From the NCBI GenBank assembly GCA_045633705.1, contig JAZQYV010000010.1, positions 129,669 to 193,668 on the forward strand: DNA of 64,000 nt. Direction: 5' to 3'. Origin of the DNA: Candidatus Onthoplasma sp. GTDB lineage: Bacteria; Bacillota; Clostridia; Christensenellales; UBA1242. Every line of letters begins with the position of its first letter. The stretch's first letter is position 1. Positions 36,760 to 46,049 of this stretch are shown here, one piece after another. The position numbers and the translations under genes were made by a program. Below the pieces are notes generated by a model. That model did not search any database and was not told the DNA's origin. It was given only the letters and a program-made list of their open reading frames with translations.

Positions 36760-38127
36760 ATGAAATTAACAATGGACAAAATTGTAAATTTATGTAAAAC
36801 TAGGGGTTTTGTTTTCCCTGGTAGTGACGTTTATGGCGGATTTGCCAACACTTGGGATTTTGGCCCTATTGGTGTAGAACTTAAGAACAATATTAAGCGC
36901 GCTTGGTGGAAGCGTTTTGTGCAAGAAGCGGACAATAGCTTTGGTGTTGATGCCGCAATACTTATGAATCCGCGTGTATGGGATGCAAGCGGGCACACGG
37001 CTAGTTTTAGCGACCCTAAAATGGATTGTAAAAATTGTAAAACTCGTCATCGTGCCGATAATATTATTGAAAATTATAAGGGTTGTGATGTTGTGCCAGA
37101 CCAAATGACAAACGAAGAAATGGAACAATACATTGCAAAGCATGAAATTAAGTGTCCAAATTGTGGTAAGTGTGATTGGACGCCAATTAGAACATTTAAT
37201 TTAATGTTTGAAACAAGTAGAGGAACGGTGGCTGGCGAAAAAGATGTGGTTTATCTTCGTCCTGAAACTGCGCAAGGTGAGTATGTAAACTTCCTTAATG
37301 TTCAACGTACAGCTAGAGCAAAGGTGCCATTTGGTATTGCTCAAATTGGTAAAAGCTTTAGAAATGAGATTACTCCAGGCAACTTCTTGTTTAGAACTGT
37401 AGAATTTGAACAAATGGAACATCAACTTTTCTGTAAAGCTGAAAATGCTTTTGAACATTATGATGAATATAAAAAATTTGCATGGGATTTTGTAGTAGAG
37501 CTAGGATTAAACCCAGAACACTTACGTTTCCATGACCATGATAAGCTTGCACACTATGCAAAGGCAGCGTGTGACATTCAATACTTATTTCCAATCGGTT
37601 GGCAAGAGCTTAATGGCATTCATCATCGTTCTGACTGGGATTTATCTCGCCATGAAGAGTTTAGTGGTAAGAGTATGCAATATCTTGACCCTGTTACCAA
37701 TGAAAAGTACACCCCGAATGTTGTAGAATATTCAATTGGTGCAGACCGACTAACTTTGGCTTTGATGTGTGAAGCTTATGATGAAGAAGAATTAGAAGGC
37801 GGCGACACACGTGTTGTAATGCACTTGCATCCTGCAATTGCGCCATACAAGGTGGCGGTGTTACCACTTCAAAAGAATTTAAATGAAAAAGCTAAGGAAG
37901 TATTAAAGAAGTTGAACAAATATTTTATGTGTAGTTATGATGAGGCTGGTAGTATTGGTAAACGCTATCGTCGTCAAGATGAAATTGGTACACCTTTCTG
38001 TGTAACAATTGACTTTGATACTTTGGAAGACAACACTGTTACAATTCGTGATAGGGATAGTATGGAGCAGATTAGACTTCCAATTGATAAACTTGTTGAA
38101 TATGTGTCTGAAAAGGTAATGTTTTAA
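36760..38127 (+). CDS. glyQS: glycine--tRNA ligase (single-chain class II)
   Basis: 455 aa. N-terminus ..LCKTRGFVFPGSDVYGG.ANTWDFGP.G, plus FRNEITPGNF.FRT.EFEQME. Confidence 0.95.
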   Translation: MKLTMDKIVNLCKTRGFVFPGSDVYGGFANTWDFGPIGVELKNNIKRAWWKRFVQEADNSFGVDAAILMNPRVWDASGHTASFSDPKMDCKNCKTRHRADNIIENYKGCDVVPDQMTNEEMEQYIAKHEIKCPNCGKCDWTPIRTFNLMFETSRGTVAGEKDVVYLRPETAQGEYVNFLNVQRTARAKVPFGIAQIGKSFRNEITPGNFLFRTVEFEQMEHQLFCKAENAFEHYDEYKKFAWDFVVELGLNPEHLRFHDHDKLAHYAKAACDIQYLFPIGWQELNGIHHRSDWDLSRHEEFSGKSMQYLDPVTNEKYTPNVVEYSIGADRLTLALMCEAYDEEELEGGDTRVVMHLHPAIAPYKVAVLPLQKNLNEKAKEVLKKLNKYFMCSYDEAGSIGKRYRRQDEIGTPFCVTIDFDTLEDNTVTIRDRDSMEQIRLPIDKLVEYVSEKVMF

Positions 38128-38222
38128 TGAATGATACTAAAAAGATACTTGTTTTCCAGTTTGGCAAATGCTTTAGAAGAGATGAATTAAAAATATACTC
38201 AAAAAAATAAAGGAGGTAATTT

Positions 38223-39341
38223 ATGGGTTTATTTGGATTTGTAAAAAAACAAATGTTGGAGGTTTTGGAATGGAAAGATGATTCTAAAGACATTTTAGTT
38301 TATCGTCACCCAATGCAAAATCGTGAAGAGATTATGAACAGTTCTACACTTGTAGTACGAGAATCTCAAGTTGCATTATTTGTGCATAAGGGGCAAATTG
38401 CAGATGTGTTTGGACCTGGCACATATAAGCTAAACACTGAAAATATTCCGTTCTTGACAAAATTATTGTCATTGCCTACGGGATTTAATAGTAGAATTAA
38501 AGCCGAAGTATATTTTATTAACACTAAACAATTTATGGGACAAAAGTGGGGAACTCAAAATCCTATTATGATGAGAGATGCGGATTTTGGTTCTATCCGT
38601 CTTCGTGGGTTTGGTACGTTTAGTTATAAGGTTAATGATGCCAAGATATTTATGAAGGAAGTTTTTGGAACAAACCCTGTTTATAGAGTAGAAGATTTGA
38701 CAATTCAATGTAGGGCCATTTTACTATCTAATATAAGTGATGCAATTGCAGAAGCCAAGCTTCCAGCTTTGGATTTGGCGGCAAACTATAAGGAAATCGG
38801 CCAACAAATTGTTAGTGTATCGCAAGATGAATTTAATAAGATTGGTTTAAAGTTATGCAAAGTTACGGTTGAAAACTTATCTCTTCCTGAAGAAGTTGAA
38901 AAGGCTCTTGATGAACGTAGTAAACTTGGAATTCTTGGTGATAAAATGGGAACATATGCTCAATATCAGGCGGCAACAGCAATGCGTGATGCGGCCAACA
39001 ATCCAAATGGAGGGAATATGGCTGGCATTGGTGTTGGTCTTGGTGCTGGTGCGACCATGGGCAATTTGTTTTCAAATAGCATTGCAAATGTTAAAGATGA
39101 GGCGCCAAAACGCACATGTATAAAATGCGGCGCTGGAATTTCCCCAAGAGTTAAGTTCTGTCCTGAATGTGGTTCTAGCCAAACCGAAACATGTCCTAAG
39201 TGTGGAGAAGCTGTGCACAAAGGAAGCAAGTTCTGTACTAATTGTGGTGAAAAGTTAGTAAAGGAAAAGACATGTCCTAAATGTGAAAAAGTTCTTAAAG
39301 CTTCATCAAAGTTCTGCCCTGATTGTGGAGAAAAAGTTTAA
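38223..39341 (+). CDS. SPFH-domain protein with C-terminal zinc ribbons (COG4260 / B. subtilis YdjI-like)
   Basis: N-terminus MGLFGFVKKQ..EVLEW.D......VYRHP, an SPFH-like core, a Gly-rich linker, then four CxxC pairs (CIKCG..CPECG..CPKCG..CTNCG..CPKCE..CPDCG). Confidence 0.78.
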   Translation: MGLFGFVKKQMLEVLEWKDDSKDILVYRHPMQNREEIMNSSTLVVRESQVALFVHKGQIADVFGPGTYKLNTENIPFLTKLLSLPTGFNSRIKAEVYFINTKQFMGQKWGTQNPIMMRDADFGSIRLRGFGTFSYKVNDAKIFMKEVFGTNPVYRVEDLTIQCRAILLSNISDAIAEAKLPALDLAANYKEIGQQIVSVSQDEFNKIGLKLCKVTVENLSLPEEVEKALDERSKLGILGDKMGTYAQYQAATAMRDAANNPNGGNMAGIGVGLGAGATMGNLFSNSIANVKDEAPKRTCIKCGAGISPRVKFCPECGSSQTETCPKCGEAVHKGSKFCTNCGEKLVKEKTCPKCEKVLKASSKFCPDCGEKV

Positions 39342-39403
39342 TAAAATAGATGATTATTATATAGTTACAATCATCTATTGGAAGATATGTAAAGGAGAAA
39401 GTT

Positions 39404-39874
39404 ATGAAAAAAATTGATAAAAATGCTTATCAAGAAAAAAGATATGATAAAGGACATTTGATGATTGTTGGGCTAGTTGTTGCGGTGTTGGCATTAGCCT
39501 TGATAATTGGTGGAGTTGTTTTATTTATTAAAGGAATTAAGGTTGATGGTGTTTGGTCAACAATTTGGCGCATTATGCTAAGTGCCGTTATGTTATTGTT
39601 AGGTTTACCATTTGCATATGTTGCCTTTATGATGATGGTAACTGCAAATTCTATGATTAGTGTTAAAGATGGTAATGTGAGTGACGTTGGCAATAGCGCT
39701 GTTGGAACAGTTAATATCAACAAATGTCCTAAATGTGGTGAAAAGCTTGAAGATGCGGCGGAGTTTTGCCACAAGTGCGGAGCAGAAGTTGAAAGTGTAA
39801 TTAAATGCTCTTGTGGATATAAAAACAAGGCTGATGCAGAGCACTGCATAAAATGTGGCAAAAATTTGAAATAA
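39404..39874 (+). CDS. membrane protein (2 TM) with two C-terminal zinc ribbons
   Basis: Two hydrophobic helices, then CPKCG..CHKCG and CSCG..CIKCG. Confidence 0.7.
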   Translation: MKKIDKNAYQEKRYDKGHLMIVGLVVAVLALALIIGGVVLFIKGIKVDGVWSTIWRIMLSAVMLLLGLPFAYVAFMMMVTANSMISVKDGNVSDVGNSAVGTVNINKCPKCGEKLEDAAEFCHKCGAEVESVIKCSCGYKNKADAEHCIKCGKNLK

Positions 39875-39962
39875 TACTTAAGTATAGTAATTAAAAAATA
39901 TATTAGAGCAATTTTCTAATATATTTTTTTATAAATTATTACAAGTGTTTGTGGTGGGTTAT

Positions 39963-40718
39963 TTAAAAACCAAAACTATCTTCATTATCAATCATGTCTA
40001 AATCCTCGTCATAATCTTCAAAATCTTCTTCATCATAATCCACATCTTCAAAATCGTATAGACCTTGAAGTTCTTCAATTTGTTCGATTTCATCTTCTTC
40101 AAGTTGTTTTGTTTGGTCTATGAACGATGCGGGATTATTATTTGACAATAGATACTGGAAATGATGTGGCAATTTATTAAAAATTGATACAGAATTTATT
40201 TCGAAGTTGTTTTTGATTGATGGTTTTATATTGTTTATTTGTGTTTCCAAAAAGTATTCATTCTTTTTATTTTTGCGCAAAAAATAGCCATTGCAATATG
40301 TTTGGTTTGAATGCACTTGATTGTAATCAATTGGGTCTCGCTTTAAATCAAATCCTGTGACAATCATACACAGTTGACTGCAACAAATATCATCACTTAT
40401 AGTGGTTGGATGGTCAACTTCCATCATTGCAAGGTCTTCAAGTATATGTGACACAAATTCTATTTCAATTTTCTTCTTACAAGATTTGATAGAGCCTTTA
40501 CCTTCATAAAAATATTCTAATTTAACACAATCCAAATCCTCATCTTTGTACACACTGATAAAACGAGTATCATCAATTCTGTTGGTGATTCGTGTATCGC
40601 TTAATTTAGAGCTATCAACAAAATATTGAGTAGGCACGTCAGTAAATAAAGGCACAAGGTCTTTAGTGGTTGTTTTGTCGGTATCGCATACCATTGATAA
40701 AATGTTTACATATTCCAT
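39963..40718 (-). CDS. hypothetical protein with a strongly acidic C-terminal tail
   Basis: 251 aa. Tail reads ..DFEDVDYDEEDFEDYDEDLDMIDNEDSFGF. Own promoter. No SD. Confidence 0.65.
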   Translation of the reverse strand: MEYVNILSMVCDTDKTTTKDLVPLFTDVPTQYFVDSSKLSDTRITNRIDDTRFISVYKDEDLDCVKLEYFYEGKGSIKSCKKKIEIEFVSHILEDLAMMEVDHPTTISDDICCSQLCMIVTGFDLKRDPIDYNQVHSNQTYCNGYFLRKNKKNEYFLETQINNIKPSIKNNFEINSVSIFNKLPHHFQYLLSNNNPASFIDQTKQLEEDEIEQIEELQGLYDFEDVDYDEEDFEDYDEDLDMIDNEDSFGF

Positions 40719-40724
40719 ATTTGG

Positions 40725-40752
40725 ATTGTAGCATAAATTTTTGATTTGTCAA
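40725..40752 (-). promoter_or_regulatory. promoter of the acidic-tail gene (leaderless geometry)
   Basis: Minus strand reads TTGACA, 16-nt spacer, TACAAT, 6 nt, then ATG. Confidence 0.6.
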
Positions 40753-40827
40753 TAGATGTTTAAAAAATTGTCTAATTTTGACGATTGGATTGTTTGGATA
40801 TGGATTCAGTTGTTTTTGAATTGAAAT

Positions 40828-41883
40828 TTATATTAGAGGTCTTCCGCCACCTATTGTATCTAATATTCGCCAAGTGGCTGGGCCGACAATGCCATCGACA
40901 GTTAAACCATTTTCACTTTGAAAATCTCGTACAGCTTGGAGTGTTGCTGGGCCGAATGAGCCATCAATTTCACCAATAGGATAAAGTTTGCTAAGTAGCA
41001 TTTGCTGTAAGTACCATGTTGCTCCACTACGGTCACCTTGGCGTATTGTCTTGCCTTGAGGATTAAGAAGTGCATTCCAAGTGTTACGCCCAACAACACC
41101 ATCAACGCTTAATCCATTTTTACGCTGAAAATCAAGCACTGCATTATAACTACGCGTACCAAAAATCCCATCAGGTGTTAAGTTATAGCCATATTTATTT
41201 AATAGGTATTGTAGCAATATCACTTTGTTTCCTTGATTGCCACGTCGCAAAGTTGGGTATGCGCTAAAATCTTCACGCGGAATATATTGAACATCTAAAT
41301 ATTGGCATACTCCTTGACATACCCCTTCGGCAACTTGGGTTATGTAAATAGGATTGAGCATAAGTTTTGCTTCTTCAAAGTTAGTCATAAAGCCTGCCTC
41401 GATTAATGATGCGGGGCAATTTACTGAAATTAACATACTTACGTTTAATGCTCCAAGTCCGCGACCATTGTTAGATACATTGTTGATAAGTTGTTGATAA
41501 ATATCTTCGCTTAATTCCTGACTTTGGCTTGCGAATTGATTAAGGCGAGAGTAATATACTTCAAAACCATTTGCGTTGTTAAAAGTTGTTCCGTCACCAG
41601 AGGCATTGTAGGCAAAAGTTACAACAATAGTAGGACGTGCGTTATTTGTACGCCTTACACGTGTTGTAATTGATATATCTTGAATTTCGGGCTTTATATC
41701 AATAATATTAAATCCGCACCTCAAACACGCCTCAATAAAAGCATTTTTACATCGCCTATTAAACTCATTTTCATAAAAACTACGATTGATGTAAGGCATT
41801 ATCGGTGTGCGTTTACCCGCGGTTGGTGGGTTAAGTCCATGCTCATCATTTGCGGCTATTAAAAAACTACTAGCAAGTGCCAT
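40828..41883 (-). CDS. N-acetylmuramoyl-L-alanine amidase (Amidase_3-like) with two PG_binding_1 repeats, no signal peptide
   Basis: Amidase_3-like core (..LIEAGFMTNFEEAKLM..). Two repeats of the ..LQ..L...GY....DG.FG..T..AV..FQ..NGL.VDG.VG..TW type. Confidence 0.82.
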   Translation of the reverse strand: MALASSFLIAANDEHGLNPPTAGKRTPIMPYINRSFYENEFNRRCKNAFIEACLRCGFNIIDIKPEIQDISITTRVRRTNNARPTIVVTFAYNASGDGTTFNNANGFEVYYSRLNQFASQSQELSEDIYQQLINNVSNNGRGLGALNVSMLISVNCPASLIEAGFMTNFEEAKLMLNPIYITQVAEGVCQGVCQYLDVQYIPREDFSAYPTLRRGNQGNKVILLQYLLNKYGYNLTPDGIFGTRSYNAVLDFQRKNGLSVDGVVGRNTWNALLNPQGKTIRQGDRSGATWYLQQMLLSKLYPIGEIDGSFGPATLQAVRDFQSENGLTVDGIVGPATWRILDTIGGGRPLI

Positions 41884-41999
41884 AATTATCTCCTTTAAAC
41901 TAATACATTATTTGTTTATATGTAAAAACACTTGAATTTGATAATTTATGCTAGACAAAATATAAAATGTGTGGTATTATGCAACTAGGAGAAAATGTT

Positions 42000-42485
42000 A
42001 TGAGGTTATTTGATAAATTGCTAAAAAGAAATCAACAAGAAGAACAACAAACTGAACAAACACAAGAGAAAGAAAGACCTCTTGGGCAGGGGTTGCCAAT
42101 AAATATTAGAACAAAAACGGTTAAAGAACGTTATCCAGATGGTTTGCCATTAGAGGTGTTAAAACAAATAGATTATTCAAAGTATGGTACAATATTAAAG
42201 CAACAACAACTTTTGCCACCATCTTATGATAGAAATCCAGTGGGTGTTGAAATAAGACCTAGTGAACATGGAGACCATAATATTGGATTAATTTTTAAAT
42301 CCAAGACATCTGAATCATATAGAATTATAAGTATTTGCAGATATAATGTTACGATGGCTGTAAATGATTCGTTTTTATATGATTATTTGCCTATTATGAG
42401 TAGAGAGTGGGAAAACTTTTGCGAAAGAATAATGTGGCTTTATGAAAAAGGATATAAACTTTCTCTTGTTAATCATGTAAAATAA
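42000..42485 (+). CDS. hypothetical protein (161 aa)
   Basis: AGGAG SD upstream of the ATG at 42000. No family recognised. Confidence 0.55.
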   Translation: MRLFDKLLKRNQQEEQQTEQTQEKERPLGQGLPINIRTKTVKERYPDGLPLEVLKQIDYSKYGTILKQQQLLPPSYDRNPVGVEIRPSEHGDHNIGLIFKSKTSESYRIISICRYNVTMAVNDSFLYDYLPIMSREWENFCERIMWLYEKGYKLSLVNHVK

Positions 42486-42498
42486 AAGATGAAGAATT

Positions 42499-42521
42499 AG
42501 ACTTGTAAAAGTCTTTTTTTC
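42499..42521 (+). terminator. Rho-independent terminator
   Basis: agactt-gtaa-aagtct followed by T7. Confidence 0.7.
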
Positions 42522-42537
42522 TTTACTTTATAGACAT

Positions 42538-42566
42538 TTGCAAATATTTAAATTATATAGTATAAT
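42538..42566 (+). promoter_or_regulatory. promoter, copy A of a duplicated promoter/leader cassette
   Basis: TTGCAA, 17-nt spacer, TATAAT. Same layout as 43838-43866. Confidence 0.6.
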
Positions 42567-42584
42567 AAACTTATAGGAGAAAAT

Positions 42585-43808
42585 ATGATAGATAAAAATT
42601 CACAATTTTATATTAAAGCAAAAAAGATGTTGGATGATTATGTTGCAAGTGGTGGCAAAGTAGAGGATTTGGGCGTTAATGATGATATTTATAAGTTTAT
42701 TAAAAACGGAAAAGTAGCAGATGAAACTGGTAAATATTTAAATTTAGAAGCAAAGTTTGACAAATTAGGACATCCACGAAACGCAAAATATAAAGAGAGT
42801 AAGCAAGCCCTTATTGATGAAGTCAATGCATACAAGCAAGCGGGTAAAAGTTTTCATATTACAAGAAAAAAGTTGCCATTTTATCCTCAACTATACACTT
42901 ATGCATCAAAACTGCAAAGGCAAGGATTAGATATGACTTATGAACAAATTATGAAAGGGCTAGGCTATAAGGATTACTCTGATACATATTTTAGATGTAT
43001 GGGGATTTTTGAACTTGAAAAGTATCGTGATAGCGAGGGCTTTGTGGATGCTTATCGTAAAAGTGCTAAACTAAAGGGATACATTTCAGGGCTTGCAAAA
43101 AGTTTGGATTTGCCGTATTATTTGGTGGTTACTTTGCTTGCGGATGAACAACTTGAAAAGTGTTATATTGACACTGAATATATACAGTATGTAAAAACAC
43201 AACTTCAACAATATGCAGCAGAAAATGGTTCACTGAAAGGACTAAAGACTAGAAATAAAGGTTTGTATCATAAATTCAGGACTTTAATGAAATATTATGG
43301 TGATGGCGGAGAGGTTGAGTTGAGTGCTGAAGATTGGCTAGAAATTTTTGACTTGGGAGATGTGGAAAATAATTTTAGACAAGTATCAAATAATGAAATA
43401 GATATAGAGTCAATTATGAACAACCTTAAGCAAAAGTTTGGCAATAGTATTATAAGGTTAAGCGACATTAGTGATAAAGCTTATCGTCTAATTTTAAAGA
43501 AGGCGATTAAGCTTGGGATACCTCTAAAAGAATTGTTTAGAAATTATGGCTTGAATTATGATGGTAATACGGTTAACCGATTGTCTTCAATGCAAGTAAA
43601 TGAAATACCTTATTTAAAGCAAATGCGTGCTTTACGCGACAATTTATTAGAGGTGCAGGGCATTATGGCAGAAAATGGTTATTGCAAAGAAGAGATTTTT
43701 GAGGCAAGAGTTAAGGCGTGTCAATATGCATACAACAAATTTAAAGATAAAATGTTTAACTTTGCGATAGATGAAACAAATAATTTGGAAGATGTGACTA
43801 ACTTTTAG
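42585..43808 (+). CDS. hypothetical protein (407 aa)
   Basis: AGGAG SD upstream. Recurrent short ..E(Q/E)I(M/F)..LG(Y/L).. helix-like units. No family recognised. Confidence 0.65.
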   Translation: MIDKNSQFYIKAKKMLDDYVASGGKVEDLGVNDDIYKFIKNGKVADETGKYLNLEAKFDKLGHPRNAKYKESKQALIDEVNAYKQAGKSFHITRKKLPFYPQLYTYASKLQRQGLDMTYEQIMKGLGYKDYSDTYFRCMGIFELEKYRDSEGFVDAYRKSAKLKGYISGLAKSLDLPYYLVVTLLADEQLEKCYIDTEYIQYVKTQLQQYAAENGSLKGLKTRNKGLYHKFRTLMKYYGDGGEVELSAEDWLEIFDLGDVENNFRQVSNNEIDIESIMNNLKQKFGNSIIRLSDISDKAYRLILKKAIKLGIPLKELFRNYGLNYDGNTVNRLSSMQVNEIPYLKQMRALRDNLLEVQGIMAENGYCKEEIFEARVKACQYAYNKFKDKMFNFAIDETNNLEDVTNF

Positions 43809-43821
43809 TCATATCTTTTTT
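43795..43821 (+). terminator. terminator overlapping the stop codon
   Basis: tgactaa-ctt-ttagtca followed by a T-run. Confidence 0.55.
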
Positions 43822-43837
43822 CTTTACTTTATTAAAG

Positions 43838-43866
43838 TTGCAAATGTAAAAATTATATGATATAAT
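43838..43866 (+). promoter_or_regulatory. promoter, copy B of the duplicated promoter/leader cassette
   Basis: TTGCAA, 17-nt spacer, TATAAT. SD and ATG sit at the same offsets as copy A. Confidence 0.6.
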
Positions 43867-43884
43867 CAAAACATAGGAGATGTT

Positions 43885-44289
43885 ATGAAAGATTTGATGA
43901 AAAGCAATATTTATGACTGCGGTGAAGAGATTATTATTGTTGGCAGTTGCCTAAAAGCGATGCAACCAAAAGCATTTAAACAATTGGAAAAGTTTGATTT
44001 GCCTATTTTTGATTTGTGTTTGGAACACACTCATATTAATATGGCGATAACAAAAATTCTTGGTATGATTAGGGCAAAAAAAATTAAAAAGATTGTTTTT
44101 GCTAGTGTGGATAAATCGCCACACTGTGTTCAAATACATTACATACAAGATGAAATTAGTAAGTTGGGATTTAAGGTTGAGTTTGTAAACTATGTTGCTG
44201 TGGATAATGCTCTTGTTCAAATATCAAAAGATACGATTTCGCTATCAAAGAATTTATCTAAATTACAACAAGTTATAGGGAATAAATAG
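43885..44289 (+). CDS. hypothetical protein (134 aa), upstream of truA in an apparent operon
   Basis: AGGAG SD upstream. 8-nt gap to truA. No family recognised. Confidence 0.6.
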   Translation: MKDLMKSNIYDCGEEIIIVGSCLKAMQPKAFKQLEKFDLPIFDLCLEHTHINMAITKILGMIRAKKIKKIVFASVDKSPHCVQIHYIQDEISKLGFKVEFVNYVAVDNALVQISKDTISLSKNLSKLQQVIGNK

Positions 44290-44296
44290 GATTATT

Positions 44297-45016
44297 ATGA
44301 AATATTTATTAGTAGTAAGTTACAATGGTACAAATTTTGCGGGATTTCAGCGTCAAAAAAAAGGTGAACGCACCATTCAAGAGGAACTTGAAAAGGCGTT
44401 AAAAATCTTGCTAAAGCAAGATATTAATGTGGTTGCAAGTGGGCGTACTGATAGTGGTGTGCATGCCTATAATCAAGTATGCCATATTGAATGTGACGAA
44501 ATAAAAGATTTTTATAAGTTTGTGCGTAGCATGAACGGGATTTTGCCTGCGGATGTTAAGGTAAAAAGTATTAAGGAAACCAAACTTCATGCTCGCTTTT
44601 CGGCAAAGCGTAAAACATATTTATACAAAATGTATGTAAGCGATATAGATTTACCATTATACGATAATTTTTTGCGTATTCCAACCAACATTAACTTTGA
44701 ATATATGAAAGAAGCTGGCGAATTGCTTGTTGGCGAACATGATTTTGCCAACTTTTGTGCAAGTGGAAGTGAAGTGCAATCAACTATTCGTACAATTTAT
44801 GATATCAAATGGAAAAAAGTTGGCGAAGAATTACATTTTTATATAACCGGTAATGGATTTTTGTACAAAATGGTACGAAACATTGTAGGATTATTGGTTG
44901 AGCTGGGTAAAGGAAAAATCAACTATCAACAATTTAAAGATTATGCATTTGGTTCTCTAAACAAGAAGTTTACCGCACCAGCGAAGGCACTATATTTGTA
45001 TAATGTAAAGTATTAA
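44297..45016 (+). CDS. truA: tRNA pseudouridine(38-40) synthase
   Basis: YNGTNFAGFQRQ, GRTDSGVHA, FLYKMVRNIVG. Confidence 0.92.
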   Translation: MKYLLVVSYNGTNFAGFQRQKKGERTIQEELEKALKILLKQDINVVASGRTDSGVHAYNQVCHIECDEIKDFYKFVRSMNGILPADVKVKSIKETKLHARFSAKRKTYLYKMYVSDIDLPLYDNFLRIPTNINFEYMKEAGELLVGEHDFANFCASGSEVQSTIRTIYDIKWKKVGEELHFYITGNGFLYKMVRNIVGLLVELGKGKINYQQFKDYAFGSLNKKFTAPAKALYLYNVKY

Positions 45017-45138
45017 GTTAGATAAAAAATCAGCATACAAAAAATGTTGATTTTTTTCAAAATAATATTAAAAATTACCTTGACAAAGTGCAAGTTTGTG
45101 ATATACTAATGGCATCTATAAGTTTTGAGGAGAGAGTT

Positions 45139-45543
45139 ATGTTTGTTGAAGAATTGTATGAAAAAAATCCAGAATCTATAAAAAGGGAATTGAGCATAAT
45201 TTTGCGCAATCGACCTCAACATGCAGATTGTTTTGAAGTTGCTCAAACCAATGCAGATGGAATAGTGTTTAAAAGTATACGTACTTGCGATTATGATTAC
45301 ATACTTGTTGGCGATTTTCAAATTTCGAATATTACAGGAACAGATGTTTCAAATCCAAGTGTTCAAAATAAAGAATGGCGTAGATTTATGGTCAAGATGT
45401 GTGGTCAAGAATACTTTGATGCGCTTATGCGAGAAAGAGCAAGACAAAAGAAAAGCTTTAATGAAAAGCATGATAAAGAAACAAAAGAGATGTTGTATGA
45501 TTTAAGCAGGTATTCCAATTGTGATATTGGCCATAACAGATAG
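45139..45543 (+). CDS. hypothetical protein, first of a tandem paralogue pair
   Basis: GAGGAG SD upstream of the ATG at 45139. N-terminus MFVEELYEKNPES is shared with the next gene. Confidence 0.6.
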   Translation: MFVEELYEKNPESIKRELSIILRNRPQHADCFEVAQTNADGIVFKSIRTCDYDYILVGDFQISNITGTDVSNPSVQNKEWRRFMVKMCGQEYFDALMRERARQKKSFNEKHDKETKEMLYDLSRYSNCDIGHNR

Positions 45544-45551
45544 GAGAAAAT

Positions 45552-45944
45552 ATGTTTATTGAAAAGTTGTGGGAAGAAAATCCCGAATTAGTTATAAAAG
45601 CGGTTAAAAAGATTTTTGATGTGAGGGAAGAAAAGGGTGATAGGCTTGAATTTGTAGAGGCCGGGAATGGTGCGTTAAGATTTAAAAAATACGGACATTG
45701 TTCATTTGGTATAGTATTAACGGATTTTGAAGTGTATGGTCAAAATATTAACAGTGGATACAATGTTAAATGGATGAAATTTATATATAATGAATTTGGT
45801 GACGTATATATTTATCAATACATTGCTTATCGAAACAGCAAATTGGACAAGTTTATGGCTGAATATGAGAATAAGTTTAATGATGAAACCGTTAAGACAA
45901 TAAATCAACTTGGTTTTGAAATGAATAATGGGAAAACAAAATAG
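45552..45944 (+). CDS. hypothetical protein, second of a tandem paralogue pair
   Basis: AGGAG SD upstream. N-terminus MFIEKLWEENPEL. Shared ..EF......G...FK...........DF.. pattern. Confidence 0.6.
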   Translation: MFIEKLWEENPELVIKAVKKIFDVREEKGDRLEFVEAGNGALRFKKYGHCSFGIVLTDFEVYGQNINSGYNVKWMKFIYNEFGDVYIYQYIAYRNSKLDKFMAEYENKFNDETVKTINQLGFEMNNGKTK

Positions 45945-46014
45945 GGCGCAATGCCTTATTTTTTATCAACCAAAGCATAAATTATTATTTATGATAAAAA
46001 TTTTTAAAAAACTA

Positions 46015-46043
46015 TTGACAATCTCAGTGTAATTATGTATAAT
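46015..46043 (+). promoter_or_regulatory. consensus sigma-70 promoter of rplM-rpsI
   Basis: TTGACA, 17-nt spacer, TATAAT (perfect consensus). Confidence 0.8.
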
Positions 46044-46049
46044 TAATCA

